From the NCBI GenBank assembly GCA_014238615.1, contig JABAAT010000024.1, positions 23,802 to 87,801 of the forward strand: a DNA stretch of 64,000 nucleotides, read 5' to 3'. Shown in pieces: positions 1 through 9,374 of the stretch (the stretch's first letter is position 1; each line of letters starts with the position of its first letter). The notes under the pieces are model-generated. The model made no database searches and had not been told where the DNA came from. It saw only the letters and a program-made list of their open reading frames with translations. The position numbers and the translations under genes are program-made. The DNA comes from Gammaproteobacteria bacterium. Lineage in GTDB: Bacteria; Pseudomonadota; Gammaproteobacteria; Porifericomitales; Porifericomitaceae.

Positions 1-376
1 ACTCAGCTTCGGCAGCCGCCACTTCCAGGCGGTATACTTTCTCATTCAGGCGCGCGACCGGCTCACCTTCTTTCAGCCGCTCGCCCACTTCCACGAGGAA
101 GTCCAGGCGGCCCTGCATCTCCATCCCGAGTCGCGCGTCCCTCGGGCTCACCACGGTGCCTATGAAGGGGCTGCGCGGAGCGAGCCGAACGCGGGTGACC
201 TCTCCCGTCTCCACCGGCGCGGGCGGTGGACCTCCGGAAGCGGCCGGCTCAGCGTCCGCACCCTGGGCGCGCGACACCCCGGCTCCCCAGATCCCGAAAA
301 CCGACAAGACAACCGATAGGCAGAATGCCAGGCCCGGCAGGCCGTTCTCATTGATGCTTTTTAAGTTCCAGGTCAT
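1..376 (-). CDS. RND efflux periplasmic adaptor (membrane fusion protein), N-terminal part; runs off the window
   Basis: Manual translation of the minus strand: MTWNLKSINENGLPGLAFCLSVVLSVFGIWGAG...PVETGEVTRVRLAPRSPFIGTVVSPRDARLGMEMQGRLDFLVEVGERLKEGEPVARLNEKVYRLEVAAAEAE, typical of the MFP beta-barrel/lipoyl region. Not in the ORF track because it is open at the window edge. An alternative ATG is at 382. Confidence 0.75.
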   Translation of the reverse strand, partial: MTWNLKSINENGLPGLAFCLSVVLSVFGIWGAGVSRAQGADAEPAASGGPPPAPVETGEVTRVRLAPRSPFIGTVVSPRDARLGMEMQGRLDFLVEVGERLKEGEPVARLNEKVYRLEVAAAEAE

Positions 377-380
377 CGCC

Positions 381-1445
381 ATGACTCTCTGCCTGGGCTC
401 CCAGGTCCTGTGCTTCCCGGTGGAACCGGGAGAGCCGGGGCACGCGCCACCAAGGCACGCGCCACCAGCCGGGAACAGTCGCCTGGCCGTTCCGGCTTCG
501 CACACATCACCGAAGCGGGCCCTGTTCCGTGGCTCAGTCAGGCTGGACAACCCGGCAGCGGCGAAACACGACCTGCATGAACTGTCCGGACTCGCCTGGG
601 CCAAAGATGAGCAGCTATTATATACAGTCAGTGACCGGGGTTACCTGGTGTGCCTGCGACCGGAGTTTGAGGGAGGCCGTCTGCGGGCGGCGCACGTCAC
701 CGCCTGGTTTCCGTTACGCGACGCAGAGGGCCGACCGTTGCGCGACGCGGCGGCCGACAGCGAAGGACTGGAGTTGCTGCGCGCCGACGACGGCTTGCCT
801 GGCAACAGCCTGTTACTTGTCAGCTTTGAGCGCGACCCGCGCGTCTGCCGCTACAGCCCCACGGGAACCTGGCTTGGTTGCGAGCTTCTGCCCGATACCC
901 TGGCCGACATCAACACCTACGCGTCCGCCAACAAGGCCCTGGAGGCGCTGGCCCTGCATCCGGTATACGGCCTGCTGAGCGGCGCCGAACACCCTCGGCC
1001 CGGGGAAACGGCAGGCCGCTTCACCCTGTACGGCGACTCCGGAGCCCGCTGGAGCTTCCCCCTGCATGACATCCGGCACGGCGCCCTGGTTGGGCTCAGC
1101 GTGCTGCCCGACGGTCAGCTCCTGGCCCTGGAACGTTCCCCCTGGAGCATCCTGCACGGGTTTCGGATCGCCGTGCATTTACTGGAACTCGCTGCCCCGA
1201 CCTCCCCCCAGGCACGCACCCCCACCGCCCGCTCACGGGTGCTGCTGACCCTGGGCGCGCAGGACACGCCTCTCGCCGAGAATTTCGAGGGCATCGCCGT
1301 CCATGATGCAAGGCATTTCTTCATGATCAGCGACGATAACGGAATGCCCTTCCAGAAAGGGCTCCTGTATTATTTTCAACTGCCGCAAGGCGCCGGGGAC
1401 GGCGCGGGGGCGCGGGAGAAATCGGCCGCCGCAAACCCTCATTGA
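381..1445 (+). CDS. Esterase-like activity of phytase family protein (beta-propeller), probably exported
   Basis: Motifs ELSGLAW, VSDRG, DSEGLE, VSFERDP, NKALEAL, NFEGIA, MISDDN. Start uncertain: the ORF track starts at 156, overlapping the opposite-strand adaptor gene. Confidence 0.75.
   Translation: MTLCLGSQVLCFPVEPGEPGHAPPRHAPPAGNSRLAVPASHTSPKRALFRGSVRLDNPAAAKHDLHELSGLAWAKDEQLLYTVSDRGYLVCLRPEFEGGRLRAAHVTAWFPLRDAEGRPLRDAAADSEGLELLRADDGLPGNSLLLVSFERDPRVCRYSPTGTWLGCELLPDTLADINTYASANKALEALALHPVYGLLSGAEHPRPGETAGRFTLYGDSGARWSFPLHDIRHGALVGLSVLPDGQLLALERSPWSILHGFRIAVHLLELAAPTSPQARTPTARSRVLLTLGAQDTPLAENFEGIAVHDARHFFMISDDNGMPFQKGLLYYFQLPQGAGDGAGAREKSAAANPH
439..467 (+). repeat. 15-bp-period tandem duplication GGCACGCGCCACCA x2 (HAPPR-HAPP)
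   Basis: Seen at 439-452 and 454-467. Confidence 0.8.
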
Positions 1446-1469
1446 AAGACGGCCCCGGACGCCTCCGCC

Positions 1470-2627
1470 TCAATGTTCCCTTAAACGGGGCCGCAGTTCC
1501 GCAAGATTACAGGGCCTGGTGCGCGCATCCAACTGTGCGCGAATGAGACGATCCCAGGCCAGGGAGCAGGCTCCAGGCGAGCCCGGCAGGCAGAACAGGT
1601 AACGACCGTTGCAGACTCCGGCGAGCGCGCGTGACTGCAGGCTGGAAGTTCCGATCTGTTCCCAGGATAGATTCCGGAAAAGCTCCCCAAACCCCTCCAG
1701 GCGCTTGTCCAGAAGCGCCGTCACCGCCTCTGGAGTACCGTCGCGCCCGGTGACCCCAGTGCCGCCGCTCAGCAGCACGACATCGATTTCCGGTTGCACG
1801 CACCAACCGGACACCACGGCGCGTACCTGGTAGATATCATCCGATGCAACCTGTTTTTCGACCAGGCGGTGACCGGCCTGGCGTAAACGTTCCACCAGCA
1901 AGGCGCCGGACTTGTCGCTGCTCTCGTCACGGCTGTCAGAAACCGTGAGTACGGCAACGCCCAGCGGCGCGGCGCACTCTTCTCCCCGATCTTCCTCGGG
2001 GCGTAGCGGCGCAAGCTCCAGAGCCCTCCCCCAGCGCTCCACGTGCACCGATTCCGCCAAGGGTCGCCGCTGCCGCGGCGCGGCTTCGGATTCACGCAAA
2101 GCCCGCGGCACCCGCGCCTTCGGCAGTTGCCGACCCACGGCGATAAAGGCCATGAGATGGAAACGCTCCGGGACAGCGAAGCGGCTACGCGCCAGATCCT
2201 GGTCAAAACCTCCCATCTGGTGCGCCATCAGCCCCAGGGCCGTGGCCTGCAAACAGACAGACAAGCCGGCCGCGCCGCTGTCGTAGTCCCCCCAGCGGTT
2301 ATCGGCGTCGCGCTCACTGAAGCGGGTATCGGCCAACAGCAACAGCAACAGCGGCGCCTGCGCCGCCCATTTCTGGTTACCCGGGCTCAGGCACTCCAGG
2401 GCTTCCCGCCAGGCATCGGTGTCCGCGTCGCGCCGAAACAACAGGCAGCGCCAAGGTTGATCCCCGTAACAGGAAGGCGCCCAACGCGCCGCCTCTAACA
2501 AGGCCGTCACCTGGATATCGTCCGGATGCCACCGCGCGTCAAATACGCGTCCGCTCCAGCGCAAAGCCAATAATTCGTGGATGGGCACGGCGGAGTGGGC
2601 CGGCTTGCGTTGAGTGGGTCCAGGCAT
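1470..2627 (-). CDS. moaB: Nitroreductase-family domain fused to molybdenum cofactor biosynthesis protein MoaB
   Basis: N-terminal RWSGRVF..EAARWAPS..QPWR..HQMGGFD (nitroreductase); C-terminal VAVLTVSDSR..DKSG..DDIYQVR..GGTGVTGRDGTPEA..CLPGSPGA..PCNL (MoaB); one uninterrupted 385-aa ORF. Confidence 0.9.
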   Translation of the reverse strand: MPGPTQRKPAHSAVPIHELLALRWSGRVFDARWHPDDIQVTALLEAARWAPSCYGDQPWRCLLFRRDADTDAWREALECLSPGNQKWAAQAPLLLLLLADTRFSERDADNRWGDYDSGAAGLSVCLQATALGLMAHQMGGFDQDLARSRFAVPERFHLMAFIAVGRQLPKARVPRALRESEAAPRQRRPLAESVHVERWGRALELAPLRPEEDRGEECAAPLGVAVLTVSDSRDESSDKSGALLVERLRQAGHRLVEKQVASDDIYQVRAVVSGWCVQPEIDVVLLSGGTGVTGRDGTPEAVTALLDKRLEGFGELFRNLSWEQIGTSSLQSRALAGVCNGRYLFCLPGSPGACSLAWDRLIRAQLDARTRPCNLAELRPRLREH

Positions 2628-3286
2628 ATCAGTCTCCTTGGAGAAAACCGCCTCGGCGCAGCGGGGTCATGACATCTTGTATTTATGCTAGCACGGCGTT
2701 CCCAGGGTGTTTCGCCCGCACCCCGTCGCGCCCCGCACGGAGGCGTTTCTCCCGCAGTATGCGCCACACACCCCTGAATTCGCAGCCCCCCCGGCGTGCT
2801 TCAGAAACCTGCCGCGCACGGCCACCCCGGAAACAGCTTTCCAGCCGTTTTCCCCGGCCTTTCCCCCCGGCCGTTTTTTCCGAAGCCCGGTTTCTGTTAC
2901 CATGCCGGGTTATCTCATGCACCGCATTCCCGATCAAAAAACGTCTCAAGGGCAATAGTTAAGACGGTAACTCAAGGCAGTGATCCACGGCGGTGACCTA
3001 AGCAGGGCATCCCGAGGAAAGCGGCCTTCCGCGGCGTTTTCTTAATCACTTCCGGGGCGCCCCCCGGAGCCGACGTCACCTTGAAACACCCGGCTGATCC
3101 GGGACATCATGAACGCATGCATCATCGGCGTGGGCACCAGGCGCTCCTGCGTCTAAAGCAACACACCGGGGATCCAGAACCTCCCTCAGTAGCCAGCAAC
3201 ACGGTGAGTTCCATCATTTTCAACTTCGCGGCAACGCCCTGGCACAGGACGCCCCACACGTACCAGGGGACGTTTCAAGACCGGCG

Positions 3287-5257
3287 ATGGGCCTGAGCTT
3301 TGATATATCCGGGGCGCAGATCCTCGGGGCCCGAGAGTACCAGGAAGATGAATTCCTGATTTCCAACCTGGTGGATGAGAACGATGATCCAGCCGCCTTG
3401 ATCGCGGTGGCCGACGGCATGGGCGGTCACGCCGCCGGGAATGTCGCCGCCAACATGGCGGTACAGTCCTTCAATAAACATATCCGCGCCAATTATCCGG
3501 GCGGTAATATCCACGAACTACTCCACGAGAGCGTGCTGCGCGCGAATGCCAGCATCGCCGAGACCATCAACGAAACGCCCGCCCTGCAGGGCATGGGCTG
3601 CACCATCGTGGCGGCGGTGATAGACAAGGGGGAAATGTGGTGGGTGAGTGTCGGGGACAGCCATCTTTACCTGTTGCGCAGCGGTAAAATCTATAAGAAA
3701 AACGCCGATCACAGCTACGGCGGGTTCCTGGATCGCTTGCGCGCCTCGGGGCACACGATGGAACCCCAGCCCGGCCTGTCACGCAACGTACTGATGAGCG
3801 CCCTCACCGGGGAGGACATCGTTGAGATCGACTGCCCGGAAGAGCCGCTGAGCCTGCTTAACGGGGATCGCCTGCTCTTCTGCAGCGATGGCCTTGATAC
3901 CCTGAGCGATGGCAAGATCATCCACTATTCGAGATGGGGTACAAGCTCCAAGGAGTGCGTGGAAGAACTGCTTAAAGGAGTCACCGGCGAAAACAAAACA
4001 CGCCAGGACAACACGACTACCCTGGTGGTGGATGTGCACAGCGGCGTGCAACAATCTCAGCAAAAGCACGAGGAATCGGCGACCTCGGAAGGGATGATGG
4101 CAAAAGACCGTGAAGCCACCCTGCAGCTTGACCCCGCCGCCCGCAAAGAATACTTCGAGCGGATGTACCGCAAGGCCGTCAGTACGGCGAGCGTGCGACG
4201 TCCGCTGCCGGAGCGTCCAACGCGCTCCTTATTCAGTGGATTGCTGCAGCTGCCAACGCACTCCTTGTTCTTCAGGGGATTGTTGCTGCTGCTGCTGCTG
4301 GTTCTCAGCGGCGTTGCGTTCTATCTCCTGAGCGAGCCTATCTTCCTGAACATTGAGTTCCTGCGGCGAACGGAACCGTTTTCCTCCACACTGGAGACTG
4401 CACCGGAGACCCCGGCGTCGCCGCTTGCAAAAAGTCCCCGGGAAGGGCCTGCGGAGGGGCAGTACGAAGACGCGTATGAACCCCTGACGGTGAAGCCGGC
4501 CGCGCCGCCGCAACAGGTTCAAATCATCAGTGATCCGCTGTCGGACGGCGACATGGGGCCGGAATTGGTGCTGATCGAGGGGGGCACTTTCCGCATGGGC
4601 GGTTTGCTAAGCATCCATCCGGAAGAAAGCCCCGCACACACGGTACGCATCAAGAACTTTGCGATCAGCATCCGGGAAATCACGGTAAAAGAATACCTGC
4701 TCTACCTTCGCGCCACCGGGGATCCGCCCCCCGGGATAGAACACACCCCGGTTCGGGAAAACCATCCGGTCCATAATCTCTCCCGGAACGACGCGATCAG
4801 CTACGCGCGCTGGCTCAGCGAGACCACCGGCAGAAAGTATCGTCTGCCAAGCGAGGCCGAATGGGAATACGCGGCCAGCGCCGGAACCAGGCGCTACTAT
4901 TGGTGGGGCCCGGAAATGGTCCCCGGGCGCGCGCATTGCAGCCTTGGCTGCGGTTCCGTTTCAGGGCCCCAGGGGGGACCCCTGCCGGTGGGTCGCTTCA
5001 TGCCCAATCCTTACGGCCTGTACGACACCGCCGGAAATGTCTCCGAATGGATACACGACTGCTGGCATCCTAATTACCAGGGAGCTCCGAACGACGGCAG
5101 CAGTTGGCAGTCGGAAAATTGTCGTGCGTGGATCACACGAGGCGGATCCTACGAAAGCCTTTCCGGACGCCTGGGTCATCGCAACCGGGAACGCAGAATA
5201 TCGTCCACGATCCCTTATCCGGACGTTGGCATCCGGGTTGTACGGGAATTGGATTAA
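3287..5257 (+). CDS. PP2C-family Ser/Thr phosphatase - TM helix - FGE-sulfatase (SUMF1-like) domain protein
   Basis: PP2C motifs VADGMGGH, MGCT, VGDSHLY, DHS, CSDGL, QDNTT; TM GLLLLLLLVLSGVAFYLL; FGE motifs FRMGG, RLPSEAEWEYAA, NPYGLYDTAGNVSEW, RGGSY, GIRVVRE. Confidence 0.9.
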   Translation: MGLSFDISGAQILGAREYQEDEFLISNLVDENDDPAALIAVADGMGGHAAGNVAANMAVQSFNKHIRANYPGGNIHELLHESVLRANASIAETINETPALQGMGCTIVAAVIDKGEMWWVSVGDSHLYLLRSGKIYKKNADHSYGGFLDRLRASGHTMEPQPGLSRNVLMSALTGEDIVEIDCPEEPLSLLNGDRLLFCSDGLDTLSDGKIIHYSRWGTSSKECVEELLKGVTGENKTRQDNTTTLVVDVHSGVQQSQQKHEESATSEGMMAKDREATLQLDPAARKEYFERMYRKAVSTASVRRPLPERPTRSLFSGLLQLPTHSLFFRGLLLLLLLVLSGVAFYLLSEPIFLNIEFLRRTEPFSSTLETAPETPASPLAKSPREGPAEGQYEDAYEPLTVKPAAPPQQVQIISDPLSDGDMGPELVLIEGGTFRMGGLLSIHPEESPAHTVRIKNFAISIREITVKEYLLYLRATGDPPPGIEHTPVRENHPVHNLSRNDAISYARWLSETTGRKYRLPSEAEWEYAASAGTRRYYWWGPEMVPGRAHCSLGCGSVSGPQGGPLPVGRFMPNPYGLYDTAGNVSEWIHDCWHPNYQGAPNDGSSWQSENCRAWITRGGSYESLSGRLGHRNRERRISSTIPYPDVGIRVVRELD

Positions 5258-5267
5258 GCTACCCCAA

Positions 5268-5294
5268 ACCTAATCAACTCCACACCTAATCAAC
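5268..5294 (+). promoter_or_regulatory. Direct repeat ACCTAATCAAC x2 (16-bp period) upstream of the MFS transporter; candidate regulator site
   Basis: Copies at 5268-5278 and 5284-5294 in the 110-bp intergenic gap. Confidence 0.4.
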
Positions 5295-5367
5295 CGAAGT
5301 ACGCCGAAACCCAACTTCCGGTGCAGCACGCCTTGCTTCGCCGTTCGGCCGCCTGAGAAAAAACACC

Positions 5368-7062
5368 ATGCTCAATGTCCTGGCCAAAGAGCGCATCATT
5401 GCGCCTCCCGATTACAACCGGTGGAAAGTACCGGTCGCCTCTGTGTCGATCCACTTGTGCATCGGCTCGGTCTATGCATGGAGCCTCTTCAATCCCCCCC
5501 TGACCCAAATCCACGGCGTGGTCACAAGCGCCGCCGCCGACTGGAAACTCAGCGAAGTGGTCTGGATTTTCTCCGTGGCCATCGTTTTCCTCGGCCTCGC
5601 GGCCGCCCTCGCCGGTCGCTGGCTTGAAACAGTCGGGCCGCGCATGGTGGGCTTCGTGGCTGCCTGCTGCTGGGGCGGCGGCTTCCTGGTGAGCGCTGTC
5701 GGCATTCTTACCCATGAAAGGTGGCTTTTGTACCTGGGCTACGGCGTGCTCGGCGGCTGCGGACTGGGTTTGGGTTACGTCTCCCCGGTGAGCACCCTGA
5801 TCCGCTGGTTCCCTGACCGCCGCGGCATGGCTACCGGGCTGGCCATCATGGGCTTCGGCGGCGGGGCCATGATCGCCACGGTGCTGAAACAATGGCTGTT
5901 GAAAAACTTGTACGAAGCCCCCACCTACCTGGGCCCTGAGACACAAGTTGAACTGCTGCTGCGGGAAGGCATACGCTACACCGAGACAGCCGACGGCACA
6001 CTACAGGAAGTCGTCGTGCTGACCGCCAGCGCGGCAGCCAGGCTGCCGGTCGCGGCCGACCCGGGAGTTTACCTGGTGGGCACCGGTAACGTGGGGGTCG
6101 CCGGCACCTTCATCACGCTGGGCCTGATCTATTTCCTGGTCATGTTATGGGCCGCATTCTTCTACCGCATCCCGGCGCCCGGCTGGGCCCCCAGGGGTTG
6201 GAAACCTCCGGATGAGGAAACGTCGCGCCGGAAGATGATTTCACACGAACACGTGGACATCGACCAGGCTTTGAAAACGCCGCAGTTCTACCAGCTCTGG
6301 ATAGTCCTCTGCTTCAACGTGACCGCCGGAATCGGCGTGCTGAGCGTGGCTAAGACCATGATGTCGGAGATTTTCAGCACCCTTTCGGTTGTGACCGAGG
6401 GATTCGCCGCCACTTACGTGCTCATGATCAGCGTTTTCAACATGGCCGGGCGCATCATATGGGCCAGCGCCTCGGATAAATTGGGGCGACGCAATACCTA
6501 CACCGTCTTCTTCGTGCTTGGCATCCTGCTTTACGCCTCCATCCCCATCACCGCAAGCCAGATGTCAGTGGATCCGCGCGTTCTCTGGCTGGTCTGCTTC
6601 TACGCCGCCACCATGATCATCTTCACCATGTACGGCGGCGGTTTCGCGACCATCCCCGCTTACCTGGCGGATATCTTCGGAACGCGCTTCGTGGGCGGCA
6701 TTCACGGACGCCTGCTGACCGCCTGGAGCATGGCCGGGATCCTGGGCCCGGTGTTAACCACCTGGTTGCGAGAGAATTCGAAGCTTGAAGCTATCAGCGA
6801 ACTGGCGTCCAAAGCGGACCCGGAAACCTTCCGGGCCGCCTTCGGCGCGGGCCGGGAGCAACTGGCTCTGCTCGTGGAAAAGAAGACAGTCACGCTGAGC
6901 GCCCTGCTGGAGATCGCACCGCCCGGCACCGTCGACCCCACCCCCAACCTCTACAACACGACCATGATAGTCATGTGCGTCCTGCTGGGTATCGCACTGA
7001 TCAGCAATTGGCGCATGCGGCCCGTACACACCAGGCACCACATGGGGCCGCAAGGCTCCTGA
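5368..7062 (+). CDS. MFS transporter, oxalate/formate antiporter (OFA) family
   Basis: HLCIGSVYAWS, GRWLETVGPR, GLGYVSPVSTLIRWFPDRRGMATG, SDKLGRR, YGGGFATIPAYLADIFG; about 12 hydrophobic segments. Confidence 0.88.
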   Translation: MLNVLAKERIIAPPDYNRWKVPVASVSIHLCIGSVYAWSLFNPPLTQIHGVVTSAAADWKLSEVVWIFSVAIVFLGLAAALAGRWLETVGPRMVGFVAACCWGGGFLVSAVGILTHERWLLYLGYGVLGGCGLGLGYVSPVSTLIRWFPDRRGMATGLAIMGFGGGAMIATVLKQWLLKNLYEAPTYLGPETQVELLLREGIRYTETADGTLQEVVVLTASAAARLPVAADPGVYLVGTGNVGVAGTFITLGLIYFLVMLWAAFFYRIPAPGWAPRGWKPPDEETSRRKMISHEHVDIDQALKTPQFYQLWIVLCFNVTAGIGVLSVAKTMMSEIFSTLSVVTEGFAATYVLMISVFNMAGRIIWASASDKLGRRNTYTVFFVLGILLYASIPITASQMSVDPRVLWLVCFYAATMIIFTMYGGGFATIPAYLADIFGTRFVGGIHGRLLTAWSMAGILGPVLTTWLRENSKLEAISELASKADPETFRAAFGAGREQLALLVEKKTVTLSALLEIAPPGTVDPTPNLYNTTMIVMCVLLGIALISNWRMRPVHTRHHMGPQGS

Positions 7063-7084
7063 GCGGGGAATCCTCGTCCCCCGC
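7063..7084. terminator. GC hairpin between convergent genes
   Basis: GCGGGG...CCCCGC immediately after the MFS stop; no clear U tract. Confidence 0.35.
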
Positions 7085-7093
7085 CCGGCATCC

Positions 7094-7558
7094 CTACCAG
7101 TCCCGGTAGGGATGTCGGGCCAGGTGGATGTTGTAATAACGCGGATCCGTGGAAACCTCGGCCCCTAACCAGGGAGGCGGGTCAAAGGCCTCGTCCGGCC
7201 GCGTTAATTCGATTTCCGCCACCACCAGGCCGCGGTTGGCGCCCTCAAACTCATCGATTTCCCAGGACTTCCCCGCGTAATCCAGGTAATGACGGGTCTT
7301 CTCAACCAGGGCCCGCATGCACAGGCGCAACAGCCGGCGTCCCTCCACCGCCGGCAGGGAATATTCATATTCCTCCCGGCTCACTCCAATGCGCGTTTCC
7401 TTTATGTTCAACCAGGCGGATGCACCGCTCACCCGCACCCGCACTGAACAACGCCGGTTGTGGGCCAGGTAACCTTGTACCATCCGCACCCGGCGCTGCA
7501 CGCCCTTGCGCCAGACGCCGCTCGCCGGCAGGAACTTGCGCTCGTGTTCCATCGTCAT
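7094..7558 (-). CDS. CYTH domain protein (triphosphate tunnel metalloenzyme)
   Basis: EHERKFL, QGYL, VRVR, REEYEY, EKTR, WEIDEFEG, AEIEL, EVSTDPRYYN. Confidence 0.92.
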   Translation of the reverse strand: MTMEHERKFLPASGVWRKGVQRRVRMVQGYLAHNRRCSVRVRVSGASAWLNIKETRIGVSREEYEYSLPAVEGRRLLRLCMRALVEKTRHYLDYAGKSWEIDEFEGANRGLVVAEIELTRPDEAFDPPPWLGAEVSTDPRYYNIHLARHPYRDW

Positions 7559-7685
7559 GGGACCATGTTAAAAGCAGCGCCGCCGGGCAACAAGGCGGGC
7601 GCCGACTGCCGGGCATTCCTGATCGGCGGTTATCCTGTTATGATCCTACTGGGTATGTGCGTTCATGACTTGCCCGGGATTCATC

Positions 7686-9374
7686 ATGTACCACTATGAT
7701 CAGTATGACGAGACCCTTGTGCGGGAGCGGGTCGAGCAGTTTCGCGAGCAAACCCGGCGTTTCCTCGCTGGCGAGCTCAGCGACGAGGAATTCAAGGCGT
7801 TGCGCCTGCGCAATGGCCTTTACCTGCAGCGCCACGCGCCCATGTTACGGGTCGCGATCCCCTACGGCCTGCTGAACGCCACGCAGCTGGGCATGTTGGC
7901 CCACATCGCGCGCCGCTATGATCGCGGTTCAGGTCATTTCAGCACACGCCAGAACATTCAGTACAACTGGCCGCGCCTGGAAGAGGTTCCCGATATCCTG
8001 GCGGAGCTTGCCACGGTGCAAATGCACGCCATCCAAACCAGCGGCAACTGTATCCGCAACATCACCACCGATCACCTGGCCGGCATCGCTCCGGACGAAG
8101 TGGCGGATCCGCGGCCTTACTGCGAACTCATCCGCCAATGGTCCACCCTGCATCCGGAATTTTCCTTTCTGCCACGCAAGTTCAAGATCGCCGTGAGCGG
8201 TTCACCGCACGACCGGGCGGCGCTGCAGGTGCATGACATCGGCCTCTGCCTGGTGCGGAACGCACGGGGCGGGATCGGCTTCCGGGTCCTGGTGGGCGGC
8301 GGCCAGGGCCGCACGCCCTGCATCGGTGTCTTCATCCGGGAATTCCTGGAGCAGCGGCACCTGCTCTCATACCTGGAAGCGATCCTACGCGTCTATAACC
8401 TGCACGGCCGTCGTGACAACATCTTCAAGGCGCGCATCAAAATCCTGATGCGCCACTTGGGGGCCGAGGAATTCACGCGGCAGGTGGAAAGTGAATGGAA
8501 ACACATCCGGGACAGCGTCCTGACCCTGAAACCGGCCGACATCGAACGCTTCCAAGCCTGTTTTCCGGAAGCGCCTTACGCGGAACCCACGGACGAAGTC
8601 AACACCCGGGTGGAAGCGGACTGCCGCAACCTGCGGGAGCGGAACCCGCACTTTGCCGCCTGGATGAAAAACAGCATTGTCGCACACAAGACCCCCGGCT
8701 ATAACGCCGTCTACATCTCGCTGAAGGCTCCGGGCCAGGTTCCGGGTGATGCCAGCGCGGAACAGATGGAAGTCGTGGCGGAGCTCGCCGAACGCTACAG
8801 CGCCGGAGAAATCCGGGTGACGCACTCGCAAAACCTGCTGCTGGGGCACGTGCGCCGCGCCGATCTGCCGGCGCTCTGGGCCGCCCTGGATAAACAGCAA
8901 CTGGCCACACCCAACATCGGCCTTCTGGGCGATATCATCTGCTGCCCCGGGCTGGACTACTGCTCCCTGGCGAACACCGCCTCCATCTCCGTGGCGAACA
9001 ACATCCAGGAACACTTTGAACAGATGGACTACCTGCACGACCTGGGAGAACTGCGCATCAACATCTCCGGCTGCATGAACGCCTGCGGGCACCATCACGT
9101 CGGCCACATCGGCATTCTGGGCGTGGACAAGCGCGGGCAGGAATTCTATCAATTCACTCTGGGCGGCTCCTCACGGGAAGATGCGGCGCTTGGTGACCGT
9201 CTCGGCCCGGCCGTCTCAAAGCAGCAGGTGGTCGAGGTGGTCCAGCACATCCTGAAACTGTACCTGGAACTGCGCGAACCGGGAGAACTCTTTCTGGACA
9301 CTTATCGCCGGATCGGCTTACAACCCTTTAAGCAGCGTGTGTATGAAGATTCTCGGGCCACAGGGAGTCACTGA
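7686..9374 (+). CDS. cysI: Sulfite/nitrite reductase hemoprotein (siroheme, [4Fe-4S]), CysI/Sir-like
   Basis: LRNGLYLQRHAPMLRVAIPYG, HFSTRQNIQ, SGNCIRN, LPRKFKIA, CCPGLDYCSLA, ISGCMNACG; followed by DUF934. Confidence 0.88.
   Translation: MYHYDQYDETLVRERVEQFREQTRRFLAGELSDEEFKALRLRNGLYLQRHAPMLRVAIPYGLLNATQLGMLAHIARRYDRGSGHFSTRQNIQYNWPRLEEVPDILAELATVQMHAIQTSGNCIRNITTDHLAGIAPDEVADPRPYCELIRQWSTLHPEFSFLPRKFKIAVSGSPHDRAALQVHDIGLCLVRNARGGIGFRVLVGGGQGRTPCIGVFIREFLEQRHLLSYLEAILRVYNLHGRRDNIFKARIKILMRHLGAEEFTRQVESEWKHIRDSVLTLKPADIERFQACFPEAPYAEPTDEVNTRVEADCRNLRERNPHFAAWMKNSIVAHKTPGYNAVYISLKAPGQVPGDASAEQMEVVAELAERYSAGEIRVTHSQNLLLGHVRRADLPALWAALDKQQLATPNIGLLGDIICCPGLDYCSLANTASISVANNIQEHFEQMDYLHDLGELRINISGCMNACGHHHVGHIGILGVDKRGQEFYQFTLGGSSREDAALGDRLGPAVSKQQVVEVVQHILKLYLELREPGELFLDTYRRIGLQPFKQRVYEDSRATGSH

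Noticed and set aside
2980-3040. GACCTAAG...GAGGAAAG...GCCTTCCG resembling part of a Moco riboswitch
   Set aside because: It is on the strand opposite to the moaB fusion and lacks the rest of the Moco motif (closing CTCC/GGAAAGGAG stem); a cmscan would settle it.
4540-5257. FGE domain as a diversity-generating retroelement target
   Set aside because: No template repeat, reverse transcriptase or avd gene in the window.
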